From an uncultured Methanosarcinales archaeon (lineage in GTDB: Archaea; Nanobdellota; Nanobdellia; Woesearchaeales; UBA10107): 64,000 nt of DNA. A model generated the notes under the pieces. That model was not told the DNA's origin. It worked only from the letters and a program-made list of their open reading frames with translations, and did not search any database. The translations under genes were made by a program, and so were the position numbers. The stretch lies in NCBI GenBank assembly GCA_965231065.1, contig OZ246410.1:193473-257472 (forward strand). Reading direction: 5' to 3'. Position 1 is the first letter of the stretch. Every line of letters starts with the position of its first letter. Below, one piece after another: positions 17,222 to 26,584 of this stretch.

Positions 17222-18684
17222 TGTTCAGTCTGTCCTGAGAAGTTCAAGACTTTTACCTCTCGCGTCTTTAAGTTGATGATCGGGATTCGTCCAGGATCAG
17301 GAACATGACCTACTTTCTCCTGGAATGATGTTCTTGATTGGAAGCAACTACCGATGATGCCGGTGATGACGCCTTTGTAGGTGAATACCGCTGACTTGTG
17401 AACATCACCCGATACAAAGATATCAGGAATTTTGTCTATGACAAGGTGATCCTGCTCTGTTGGGAGATGTGGGTTACCATCATAGGTCGGTGCAAGATGT
17501 CTCTTTTGCAATAATAATCTCATGACCAGATCAGCACGTTCACTGATATTTGGTTTTTGAATACGAATGCTTTCTACCTTGTCTGCATAATGATTGTATG
17601 AATATCCGTGATACATAAGGATGTCAAAACCTGCAAATCCATCACGGCTTGCGATGTTAACTAGCGCTGGATTGCTCACCATGGTGACATTGGGCATATC
17701 CCAAAGCCCTTCACAGTATTCCCGTGGCAACGGAGGCTGCGGTTCAGCAAGATGGACTACATCGTGATTACCGGGACAAACGATGATCTTGATATCCTGT
17801 GGGATTTGTTTGATATATTCTATAAACTTAGTATACTGACCGCGATAGGTGAGAATATCGAGCTCCTCTTTCTGCGAGGGATACACTGAAATACCATCAA
17901 CAAGATCGCCGGTCACTACGACATACTTCACTTTTGATGCGATATCACGCTGACGTTCGTTGCCAACCTCGCCTCTGAGCCAATTGACAAATTTAACAAA
18001 TTCCTCCTCGAGAAACTGTTTTGATCCCACATGGATATCTGAGATGAACAGTACATACTCTTCGACGGGTGATTTTTTAATTTCCTTGGTCACAGGAATA
18101 TCAGGGAAATATAACTCATTCGCAAAAATGATATTCTTGCCCATCGAGCCGGAGATACCGATGACCTCATCATCCACAATATCATTTGCCCGTGCGAGCA
18201 GATCCGCTTTATTTTTACTGAAAAAGACCTTGATCGATCCGGTCGGATCTTCCGCAGTCAACATGACGCCGCTTTTAGTCTCTTCTTTGGTATACACCAT
18301 GCCAATGATCGATACTTGTTCACGTTCTGGTTTGCCTTTCAATCGCCCGATAGAGACTGCATTCTCGAGGTTGTTCCGTTGCTGAAGAATGCGTTTCAAG
18401 ATGCTATATCGTGAATTAAAGTGGTTGATGAAATCCTGGACCACGATCTTTTTCGGCTGTTCTTTATACGAGAAGACCACTCTTACTTTTCCGTCGCGGC
18501 CTGACTGACTCGGCAATGGTCTCGGATCAGTCTGTTGTTCCAGTCTTTTGTTGATGAGATCAAATACCTGCCGAGTATCATTCGCCGCATTGAGAATATC
18601 GAGGAATTCAGGCTCAAGAAGTACTTTTTGCTCAAGCAGAAACTGTACAATTCTCTTTTTTTTATGCTGTAACTCTTGATTCAT
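17218..18684 (-). CDS. DNA polymerase II (PolD) small exonuclease subunit DP1
   Basis: 488 aa; N-terminal OB region and C-terminal calcineurin-like phosphoesterase motifs (FISDIHVGS, VVVTGDLVDG, VCPGNHD, GHYH) typical of PolD DP1. Confidence 0.9.
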   Translation of the reverse strand: MNQELQHKKKRIVQFLLEQKVLLEPEFLDILNAANDTRQVFDLINKRLEQQTDPRPLPSQSGRDGKVRVVFSYKEQPKKIVVQDFINHFNSRYSILKRILQQRNNLENAVSIGRLKGKPEREQVSIIGMVYTKEETKSGVMLTAEDPTGSIKVFFSKNKADLLARANDIVDDEVIGISGSMGKNIIFANELYFPDIPVTKEIKKSPVEEYVLFISDIHVGSKQFLEEEFVKFVNWLRGEVGNERQRDIASKVKYVVVTGDLVDGISVYPSQKEELDILTYRGQYTKFIEYIKQIPQDIKIIVCPGNHDVVHLAEPQPPLPREYCEGLWDMPNVTMVSNPALVNIASRDGFAGFDILMYHGYSYNHYADKVESIRIQKPNISERADLVMRLLLQKRHLAPTYDGNPHLPTEQDHLVIDKIPDIFVSGDVHKSAVFTYKGVITGIIGSCFQSRTSFQEKVGHVPDPGRIPIINLKTREVKVLNFSGQTEQ

Positions 18685-18739
18685 GGTGGGTAAAAATCAT
18701 CGGTGTGTAACGTATGTTACGGAACGGAGATGATCTCGC

Positions 18740-19978
18740 CTATGCTACAAATCCAAAACTCTTTTCCAATATTTCTTTCGCTTTTGCCTTGGTTGTGTTC
18801 TGGATTGCTAATGTTATCTTTCGTGTCCTTCCATATCGTCCCTTGGAGACGACCTTCCCATTGATGATACCGAGCATATCAAGTTCGGCGATGATATCAG
18901 AGACTCTCCGCTGTGTTAAGGGACGCAGATGGATATTGTCGCATATTTTTTTGTATAATTCATAGATATCACCGGTAAATAAATTTTCGTCCCGGTCCTT
19001 TGATTTCAGGTCAGCGGCATCCTCATTCATCCGCATGATCGAGTATAATATTGCCTGGTGCTGCTTTGGCTGTGTGGTAATGATATCAAGTATCCTATCT
19101 TTTTCAATCTTTTCTTCTGCGATATCAATATGTTTGATAGTGACTTTCTGTTCATCGTTTCGTTCTGCTAATTCTCCTGCGACTCTTAACAATTCCAAAG
19201 CTCTTCGTGCATCGCCGTGTTCTCGTGCTGCATAAGCAGCGCATTTCTCGATGACTCCCATCTCGACAGATCCTGGCTTGAAAGCCTCTTTTGCCCGTTG
19301 ATTAAGGATATCTTGCAATTGTAATGCGTTGTATGGCGGAAATACGATCTCTTCTTCAGATAAAGAACTCTTTACCCGTGGATCAAGCATATCAGTAAAG
19401 ACAAGGCTATTTGAAATACCAATCAATGATATCTGCGCGTTTTTTAGTTCAGAATTAATTCTAGTGAGTGTGTAGAGAATCTCATCTCCTGTCTTTTCAA
19501 CCAATTGATCAATCTCATCAAGGATAAGCAAGAGGAGTTGTTTTTTACTGTCGACTAGATGGGTAAAGATACGATAGACTTCTTGCGTCGGAAGTCCTGT
19601 TTTCGGTACTTCGCTGCCCATCGAACGTATCAATTCAGCGATGAGCCGATATTCAGTGTCAGCGGTATTTCTTAACTTACAGTTAACATAGATAACTGAA
19701 AGATTGATGTTTCGTTCTTTCGCTAATGTAAGTAGATTGTTAGTGACATATCGCACTGAGAGTGTTTTTCCGCTGCCAGTCTTTCCATAGATGAATAGAT
19801 TGGATGGTTTTTGGTATAATAGTGCAGAACCGAGTATATTCGCTACCTGCTCGATCTGCTGATCCCTATGTTGGATCGTATCGGGATTGTAATTCGACTG
19901 GAGTGTTGATTTATCGCTAAAGAGAAATTCTTTTTTTAGAAAATTTTCGAAGAATCCTTTTAGCTTGTTTTCTTTCAT
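18740..19978 (-). CDS. cdc6: Orc1/Cdc6 replication initiator
   Basis: 412 aa; AAA+ Walker A GKTGSGKTLSV, Walker B LLILDEID, C-terminal winged helix; sits beside an ORB-containing AT-rich region and upstream of the polD genes. Confidence 0.92.
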   Translation of the reverse strand: MKENKLKGFFENFLKKEFLFSDKSTLQSNYNPDTIQHRDQQIEQVANILGSALLYQKPSNLFIYGKTGSGKTLSVRYVTNNLLTLAKERNINLSVIYVNCKLRNTADTEYRLIAELIRSMGSEVPKTGLPTQEVYRIFTHLVDSKKQLLLLILDEIDQLVEKTGDEILYTLTRINSELKNAQISLIGISNSLVFTDMLDPRVKSSLSEEEIVFPPYNALQLQDILNQRAKEAFKPGSVEMGVIEKCAAYAAREHGDARRALELLRVAGELAERNDEQKVTIKHIDIAEEKIEKDRILDIITTQPKQHQAILYSIMRMNEDAADLKSKDRDENLFTGDIYELYKKICDNIHLRPLTQRRVSDIIAELDMLGIINGKVVSKGRYGRTRKITLAIQNTTKAKAKEILEKSFGFVA

Positions 19979-20484
19979 GTCTACCCCTTTAATTCTCCAA
20001 ACGAAATAAAGGTATATAAAAGTTGTGATTTGGTGTTTAAAGACGTTTATAGTGTGATATATGTAGTTTAGAGTATATACACCGACCCCTTCATTTCCGA
20101 TGGAAACCTAGTGTAGTGTAGTGTGTATGTGTTAATCAATAATTAATTATAAACAATTTACTTATTTTATACTTTCATCATCAAATCACTTACTACTAAC
20201 TACTTATATTGTTTTCTATATAGAAAATAAATAATATAAATAATAAATAACTTTTCAGTTAAATTTTAATAGAGGTTGAGTGTGTTGTAAATGTTGTTTA
20301 AAGAAGTTCTAGTAGAAACGAAGGGGTGGGTGTGATATATATTATTTTTGCTATTTCATAGTAGCAAAATAATGAAAAGGTTTATATATTAGTTTAAAGT
20401 TTGTCATCCAGAGATTACGATAAAATCGCTTTAAACGATTCCTGTAAGGTGTATAGGCGCTAAGTACTTAGAGGAAACAAAACC
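19979..20484. promoter_or_regulatory. Probable chromosomal replication origin (oriC): AT-rich DUE flanked by inverted ORB elements at 20085-20104 (minus sense) and 20304-20327 (plus sense)
   Basis: About 500-nt non-coding AT-rich spacer upstream of cdc6; accccttcatttccgatgga at 20085-20104 and aagttctagtagaaacgaaggggt at 20304-20327 both carry the ORB G-string GAAA-N-GAAGGGGT in opposite orientation around the most AT-rich 200 nt. Confidence 0.6.
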
Positions 20485-21300
20485 ATGATTGTAAAGAAAG
20501 AATTTTTGAAGAAACTAAAAGACTTCGGTCTCAATACTTACGAAAGTAAATTATGGACAGCACTTCTTTCAAGAGGAGTCTCAACTGCTGGAGAACTTTC
20601 TGATATCGCAAATGTTCCGCGATCACGATCATATGATGTTCTAGAGTCATTAGAGAAGAAAGGTTTCATCATAATGAAGATCGGCAAGCCGATAAAATAC
20701 ATCGCAGTACCTCCAGATGAGATCGTCACTCGTGTCAAGAAGAAAATAGAAGATGAATCTAAATCACAACTAAGCGCTCTTGATGAATTAAAAGAATCAG
20801 ACATTCTTGATGAGTTGAAATTATTGCATAAGAATGGCGTCGAACTTATTGAGCCAGGTGATTTAACTGGTATCATAAAGGGAAGAAATAATCTCTATAA
20901 TCACTTGGAAGCTATGATGAAATCAGCTACAAAATCAATCTGTATCTTCACTACAAAAGATGGCCTTATCAGGAAATCAGATTCATTCAAGGTTGTTTTC
21001 AAGAAATTGGCTGAGCGAGGTATTTCAATCAGAATCGCAGCTCCTATTGACGCTGAAGTCGCTTCGATTGTGGCTTCTTTGAAGGATGTCGCAACCGTTA
21101 AGAATATTCCTGATGTGGCTGGCAGATATTGCTTGATTGACGGCAAGGAAGCGATCTTTATGCTTCTTGATGATGCTGAAGTCCACCCTTCATACGACTG
21201 TGGTGTTTGGATCAACACTCCTTATTTCGCAAAGGCATTGCAAGCGCAGTTCGATGCTCTTTGGAATGTTTCTGAAGAGAAAATGGTTAAGAGAAACTGA
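20485..21300 (+). CDS. TrmB-family transcriptional regulator (N-terminal wHTH + C-terminal effector-binding domain)
   Basis: 271 aa; N-terminal LNTYESKLWTALLSRGVSTAGELSDIANVPRSRSYDVLESLEKKGF is a textbook TrmB HTH; paralog of 28198-29004. Confidence 0.7.
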   Translation: MIVKKEFLKKLKDFGLNTYESKLWTALLSRGVSTAGELSDIANVPRSRSYDVLESLEKKGFIIMKIGKPIKYIAVPPDEIVTRVKKKIEDESKSQLSALDELKESDILDELKLLHKNGVELIEPGDLTGIIKGRNNLYNHLEAMMKSATKSICIFTTKDGLIRKSDSFKVVFKKLAERGISIRIAAPIDAEVASIVASLKDVATVKNIPDVAGRYCLIDGKEAIFMLLDDAEVHPSYDCGVWINTPYFAKALQAQFDALWNVSEEKMVKRN

Positions 21301-21303
21301 ACA

Positions 21304-21657
21304 ATGAAAAGAAATTCTTCTGTTGATGATATTGTTGATAACTATTCACAGTTGACTTCTGGTAATTGGGAAGAAACAACAATGTGTGAGAAAGGAGATT
21401 CTATTAATAATTATCACGACGGAGCCATATTGAAAAATTGTAATGTGTGTGGAAATCGAATGAATAAAAAAATACTATATAGAACAATTGAACGGCCGGA
21501 GTTAACTAAAAAATACTTTTTTGGTCTAATCAGTGGTGAGCGAATTTTTGATGTTGAACTTTTAAGATTGGGAAATAATGGAAAACCAACTGGAAAGCCA
21601 ATTAAAATAGAAACTGGTACACCTTATTCTTCTTTCGTTCGCGCAATTGGTCATTAG
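21304..21657 (+). CDS. Hypothetical protein with a CxxC motif
   Basis: 117-aa ORF immediately after the TrmB gene; CNVCGNRM motif; no recognisable family. Confidence 0.3.
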   Translation: MKRNSSVDDIVDNYSQLTSGNWEETTMCEKGDSINNYHDGAILKNCNVCGNRMNKKILYRTIERPELTKKYFFGLISGERIFDVELLRLGNNGKPTGKPIKIETGTPYSSFVRAIGH

Positions 21658-21740
21658 TCCTGTTAGCGATCTTCTTGTTAAAAATCAAAGAAACCTTTAA
21701 AAAGTCTCATATTCTTCAGTTGTCCTAAAGAGGTGTCGAA

Positions 21741-21956
21741 ATGGTTTTAAGCTTAGAAGGGGTCATTCTTGCGATCATCGTAGCTACATTAGCGGCTATT
21801 GTTTACAGTCTCAGATTCTTAGTTCTGTTAGAAAGAAGATTGCTTAGGATCGATTACAACATCGAAAAGATAGCGATGCGTATCGCGTCTGAAGAGTCCA
21901 GAATCGAACACGAAGAGAAGGCAATTCTCAGTAGGATATCGAAGAAGCGACGATAA
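21741..21956 (+). CDS. Small single-TM protein, unknown
   Basis: 71 aa; hydrophobic N-terminus GVILAIIVATLAAIVYSLRFLVLL followed by a charged tail. Confidence 0.3.
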   Translation: MVLSLEGVILAIIVATLAAIVYSLRFLVLLERRLLRIDYNIEKIAMRIASEESRIEHEEKAILSRISKKRR

Positions 21957-22819
21957 TGACATTCAGCAGGCATTTCAACGTCACACGTTCTGCAGTCTCT
22001 CACATCAGTCATATCATCAGCAGGACAAGAAAAGCAGATATTTCTCAGCTCATAAAAAAACTGCATGAAGCGAAACACACTATCTTCTCGAAAAAGAATG
22101 CTGAACCGATGATGAAAAACGCAGTCAATTACATCACACAACCAATTACTACTAAAACACCATCGAAAGCGAAAGAAGAGATCCTCAGAAGAATCCAATC
22201 TTCGCTTAGCCACGTGAATGAATCACATAAGCGTATCGCTGAATACGGTCAGGGAAAAATAAAGAATGGCATGAATGTATTTACATATGGTTATTCATCG
22301 TATGTCCTGAATCTCCTCATCAAAGCAAAGGAAGAGGGAATCAAATTCAGAGTTATTACAACGCAGGCGATGCCATCTGGCAGCGGAAAACAGCTTTCCT
22401 CACAATTAATGAAGTACCATATTCCCGTTCGCTATTATGCAGACGCAGCACTGCGTCTCGCCATAAAAGAATCAGATCTTGTATTTCTTGGCGCAGAGGT
22501 CATCTCAAGTCATGGACAGATTTTCAACACAATAGGATCCGAGTTAGTCGCTGAAATCGCGAATTCCAATGGAGTGCCGGTTTATATTTGCGCTGACAGT
22601 TGGAAGTTCAATCCTGCAGTCACGAAAGAATATGAATCGAGAGAAACCTTACGTCCTGCACATGAGCTCTGGTCACGATCACCGAAGAGCATCTCAATTA
22701 TGAACTATGGATTTGAAAAGGTTCACCCAAAACTCATCACCGGCATCATCACCGAATTTGGCATCTACAAGCCGGTACACATGCTGGCGATGATAAAAGA
22801 ACAGTATCCCTGGATATAA
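21956..22819 (+). CDS. eIF-2B alpha/beta/delta family protein (aIF-2B subunit-like)
   Basis: 287 aa; conserved core VFTYGYSSYV...ITTQAMPSGSGKQL...FLGAEVISSHGQIFNTIGS...VPVYICADSWKF typical of the IF-2B/MTNA/R15P-isomerase fold; the length fits the short aIF-2B-alpha-like class. Confidence 0.65.
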   Translation: MTFSRHFNVTRSAVSHISHIISRTRKADISQLIKKLHEAKHTIFSKKNAEPMMKNAVNYITQPITTKTPSKAKEEILRRIQSSLSHVNESHKRIAEYGQGKIKNGMNVFTYGYSSYVLNLLIKAKEEGIKFRVITTQAMPSGSGKQLSSQLMKYHIPVRYYADAALRLAIKESDLVFLGAEVISSHGQIFNTIGSELVAEIANSNGVPVYICADSWKFNPAVTKEYESRETLRPAHELWSRSPKSISIMNYGFEKVHPKLITGIITEFGIYKPVHMLAMIKEQYPWI

Positions 22820-23452
22820 TTATTTTGATTTCTTAACAACTTTTTTTACAACAATTTTCTTAGAAACTTGCGCTTTGACGATCTTCTTCGGGACTTTTAT
22901 TTCAACCGCATCAATCTCTTCCAATGATTCATGCACATGCTGCTGTACAAATACCGGCTCCATTTGTTTTTCTAATGATTCGATCTCCTGAATCATGTGC
23001 TGAATCTTTGCTGCATTATCTTCCTGATTCATCAAAGAGCCGCATTCGGGGCATTTGAATTCGAAATCTGTCGCTTTATCGAATGTCAAGCGCAGACATT
23101 TGTTGCTGCAGATGAAAAAATTGCTATTCTGCTCAGTAACCAATCTTTCTTTGAGCTTCAGAAGCTTCTTTTTCTTCAATTCCTTCATTAAGAATGGAAT
23201 CCGTGATGGCACAAAGGTCCAGTAGTAGATATACCAGCCTTTTTTCCGGTCCTTTTTCCGGGTAAACTCAACGAGATTAGAATCATAAAGTCGATACAGC
23301 TTATTTCGTATAGTGTTGATCTCTTCCTTCAGCTGTTCCGCTAGCGTGAATTCAGACACGTTTTTCTTGCCCTTGAGAACCCCAATTAGCGGAAGCACAT
23401 CCTGTCCCGCTACATCTTCGATAACACCTGCTATTGCATCGTCTTCTTTCAT
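22820..23452 (-). CDS. tfe: Transcription factor E alpha (TFE/TFIIE-alpha homolog)
   Basis: 210 aa; N-terminal winged helix (VLPLIGVLKGKKNVSEFTLAEQL...KLYRLYDSNLVEF) and zinc ribbon CSNKC...CPECG, then a Lys-rich tail. Confidence 0.7.
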   Translation of the reverse strand: MKEDDAIAGVIEDVAGQDVLPLIGVLKGKKNVSEFTLAEQLKEEINTIRNKLYRLYDSNLVEFTRKKDRKKGWYIYYWTFVPSRIPFLMKELKKKKLLKLKERLVTEQNSNFFICSNKCLRLTFDKATDFEFKCPECGSLMNQEDNAAKIQHMIQEIESLEKQMEPVFVQQHVHESLEEIDAVEIKVPKKIVKAQVSKKIVVKKVVKKSK

Positions 23453-23604
23453 CGTGGATAAGGCCTAAACGTCTCTATTGACCAGGGATAACCATTGGGG
23501 AAACATGTTTATATACCTTTCTTTTCAAACGTCTTTATTTATAAATAGAGATATATACATTATATATCCTGTTTTTATTAGAAAGGTATTTAAAGCAACT
23601 ACTT

Positions 23605-23910
23605 TTGAAAAAGTCTATGGTAGAAGGAAGACGAAAATCAAGATCCAAGCGAAGGCTTCAGCGAAGAACACCTGGCAATAAGATAGTTATCCACTATATC
23701 GGCAGGAAGCATGCCTTACCACAATGCGCAAACTGTGGTGGATTGTTGAAAGGAGTACCTCGTGCATCAAGCAATGAGATCCAGAATATGTCAAAATCAC
23801 AACGAAGGCCGGAACGGCCTTATGGCGGCGTCTTATGTTCACCTTGTTCCCGAAGAACAATCATGCATCGGGTGCGAAATATCTTTTCATTATCAAAGAA
23901 AGTAGCCTGA
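23605..23910 (+). CDS. rpl34e: Ribosomal protein L34e (start may be at the internal MVEGRRKS, 23617)
   Basis: RRKSRSKRRLQRRTPGNKIVIHY...CANCGGLLKGVP...RPERPYGGVLCSPC matches the L34e consensus. Confidence 0.8.
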   Translation: MKKSMVEGRRKSRSKRRLQRRTPGNKIVIHYIGRKHALPQCANCGGLLKGVPRASSNEIQNMSKSQRRPERPYGGVLCSPCSRRTIMHRVRNIFSLSKKVA

Positions 23911-23945
23911 GGATTCGGCAACGAACTCAGCAGTAGGAGGCAACT

Positions 23946-24338
23946 ATGGAAATCGGAAGAGTATGTGTAAAACTGGCCGGCAGAGATGCTGGCAGAGTAT
24001 GTGTTGTTGTTGACCAGTTAGATGGCAACTTTGTTCTTATTGATGGTAATGTCAGAAGGAAACGATGCAATGCGATGCATCTTGAACCGTTAGCAGAAGT
24101 CTTAAAGCTCAAGAAAAACGCGTCTCATGCAGATGTCGCTACAGAATTCAAGAAATTGAATCTTGAGATGTGGCACACCAAACCGAAGAAGGCAGCGCCA
24201 CGGACAGTTGCGGTACGAAAAGCAGCGAATGCGAATAAAGGAGTAAAGCCCAAGAAAACTGAAACTCCGAAGTCAGCTGAACCAAAAAAGGTTGAGCATA
24301 AGAAAGAAGCGAAACCAAAAGCCGCGAAGAAAGAATAA
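23946..24338 (+). CDS. rpl14e: Ribosomal protein L14e with a Lys-rich C-terminal extension
   Basis: GRVCVKLAGRDAGRVCVVVDQLDGNFVLIDGNVRRKRCNAMHLEP is the L14e/KOW signature; the C-terminal about 50 aa are KKAAPK-type low complexity. Confidence 0.8.
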   Translation: MEIGRVCVKLAGRDAGRVCVVVDQLDGNFVLIDGNVRRKRCNAMHLEPLAEVLKLKKNASHADVATEFKKLNLEMWHTKPKKAAPRTVAVRKAANANKGVKPKKTETPKSAEPKKVEHKKEAKPKAAKKE

Positions 24339-24638
24339 TTACGCAATCGCTTCTATTTCTTGCATTAATTTTTTTATTCTTTGTAAATATCTATTGATAT
24401 TGAAGTTTTGTTCTCCTTCATAGGCATATTCGACTTCTTTGATCTTCGTAATATCATTATAGAGACCTTCAAGATATTCGAGCATGGTGTCTTTATTAGA
24501 ATTATTTATTTTCTTATTTTTGAGCTCTACTTCTATCTCTTTCAGATTATGTTCCTGGATATCGCTGAGCCTGAACTCCTTATAGGTCTCTTTCTTATAC
24601 GTTTCACTGTCCGGGAACTCCTCATCCTGAAATGGCAT
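24339..24638 (-). CDS. Hypothetical acidic protein
   Basis: 99-aa ORF, Glu/Lys-rich, no recognisable motif. Confidence 0.3.
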   Translation of the reverse strand: MPFQDEEFPDSETYKKETYKEFRLSDIQEHNLKEIEVELKNKKINNSNKDTMLEYLEGLYNDITKIKEVEYAYEGEQNFNINRYLQRIKKLMQEIEAIA

Positions 24639-24689
24639 ATGTTCTAGAAGTGAATTGATTATTTAAGGTTTGTTCTATATTGTTTATAT

Positions 24690-24929
24690 TTATTTTTCTC
24701 TGAAGAAGTATTTGAGCTCTACTCCTATAACGGCAGCGAAGCGTTTTATACCATATTTAATGTATTCTGTTGTCTGAGCGCCTGGTAGTGGTGTATTTAT
24801 TACACGAGCTTTTTTGAGATCAAGTTCGTAATCAGTGACATAATTTTTCTGCGAAATACCTCTAACAATATTAGGATGATCGACATCAATCCATTTGGTA
24901 TAGTCTAATCTTGCTTCAAGTGAGTTCAT
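24690..24929 (-). CDS. Hypothetical small protein, start overlaps pheT stop (ATGA)
   Basis: 79-aa ORF in operon position downstream of pheT. Confidence 0.3.
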   Translation of the reverse strand: MNSLEARLDYTKWIDVDHPNIVRGISQKNYVTDYELDLKKARVINTPLPGAQTTEYIKYGIKRFAAVIGVELKYFFREK

Positions 24930-26584
24930 TTTTTCATAACCTCGAACAATTCGCTCAGATTCAATTCAAAAGCAGCGACCGGCATCTCCAATCCGAAATT
25001 TACCAACACCTGTGGATGTACTTCGCCAATGTATGCAATATCAATCCCATTCACTGAAGCTCGTGCCACCCGTCCAGGAATGAATGAATTATGATCTGCC
25101 TCTTTCACAGAATATGTGACACCGATCAGTTTCATAAGACGTTCGAATTTCTGCCTTGCTTCAGTATAATTCGCTTGTTTGTGACATGATGTGATTGCCA
25201 GTCGTATGTGTTCCATCACACCTGTTTCTGATTTTCCCATTTTATCCCACTTAAACACAGTTCCGATCTCAAAGATTTTCTGCGGGTATTCGTTATCCTT
25301 GTTCTGCTGCAATGCCTGCAACAGGCTTGGCAATATCATTCCACGCAATGAGTTATAATCGACGGTTAATGAGTTCGCTAATCGTATAGGTTTAGAATCA
25401 ACCCGCATCTTCTTTGTCTGCGCTTCAGTATCGATGATGTGTGTCGAGTTCATCTCATCAAGATTCATGCCGACCAAAATATTAGCGATCTTTGATCTGA
25501 ATTTTTCGAATTCGTCTTCTTTACCAACGGTCGCGACATTCGGAATCTCTTCCTTGAAATTATCGTAGCCGTAGGCGATCGCGATATCTTCGACTAGATC
25601 AATCGGATGTAATATGTCTGCACGATACGCAGGAACAAGGACCTGTTTGTTCACATAACCGAAACCCATCTTCTCCAAAAGTTCTTTCATCTGATTTTCT
25701 TTCAGATCAAGTCCCAAACGCTTATTGACATAGGCAACATCAAGTTTCATAACATCAGGTTTAAGATCGGGAGTTCTGATAGTCTTTCCTTTATACGTGA
25801 CATCGACAGATTGCACTGAACCTCCCATGTCAGCTAAAGAAACTACAATCATATTCAAGCACTTCTTAAGGACTTCTAGATCGAATCCAGTACATTCAAC
25901 GAATACCTCTGTCGTACTTCCTTCTACTCTACCGACTTCATCTGAATTGATAATTGGCGGCATCGACAATATCTTTCCTTTCGCATCGATAAAAACAGGA
26001 TACTTTGACTGTCCGTTCAAGAGATGTCGATATTCTTTACCTGTCGGATGTGATTCTAAAATCTGTGCACCAGTCATAACTTTCGTACTCTCTAATGGCC
26101 TAAATCGTATCTCATTAGGAGTCTTTGCAGTATACATAATAGGGAATGTTATTTTATCCAAAGGATATACGCCAATAGCACATCGTTTTCGATGTCTTCC
26201 GTATGTGATGTGTAATTTTTCCTGGATTTTGATGATTTCTTTGATCTTTTCATCATTGAATCTTAATCCTTTTACAATTGCACAAGCCGTGAACGGCCTA
26301 ACACTCATCATCGAGGGATCAACAATAACTTTTTGTCTGGATTCAGATACTGCATAATTCCTTAACCCCTTCTTGATTCCCAAGAATGATGCGAATGCCC
26401 TTCCAAATCCCTGTTCACTGAGAAGATCAGGTCTGTTCGGAAAAATCTCCAGTTTAATCTCATCTTTCGTAAGATCTTCGACCGGCGTTCCAAACATCGA
26501 GATCTTATATTTTAGATCTGTGTCTGATAATTTCTTACTGACAATCTGTTCCACACTCTTCCGATTCAGGTCAATGGTTGGCAT
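24926..26584 (-). CDS. pheT: Phenylalanyl-tRNA synthetase beta subunit (archaeal type)
   Basis: 552 aa; B3/B4 and B5 domains and a C-terminal class II-like core; operon with pheS (1-nt overlap). Confidence 0.9.
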   Translation of the reverse strand: MPTIDLNRKSVEQIVSKKLSDTDLKYKISMFGTPVEDLTKDEIKLEIFPNRPDLLSEQGFGRAFASFLGIKKGLRNYAVSESRQKVIVDPSMMSVRPFTACAIVKGLRFNDEKIKEIIKIQEKLHITYGRHRKRCAIGVYPLDKITFPIMYTAKTPNEIRFRPLESTKVMTGAQILESHPTGKEYRHLLNGQSKYPVFIDAKGKILSMPPIINSDEVGRVEGSTTEVFVECTGFDLEVLKKCLNMIVVSLADMGGSVQSVDVTYKGKTIRTPDLKPDVMKLDVAYVNKRLGLDLKENQMKELLEKMGFGYVNKQVLVPAYRADILHPIDLVEDIAIAYGYDNFKEEIPNVATVGKEDEFEKFRSKIANILVGMNLDEMNSTHIIDTEAQTKKMRVDSKPIRLANSLTVDYNSLRGMILPSLLQALQQNKDNEYPQKIFEIGTVFKWDKMGKSETGVMEHIRLAITSCHKQANYTEARQKFERLMKLIGVTYSVKEADHNSFIPGRVARASVNGIDIAYIGEVHPQVLVNFGLEMPVAAFELNLSELFEVMKK

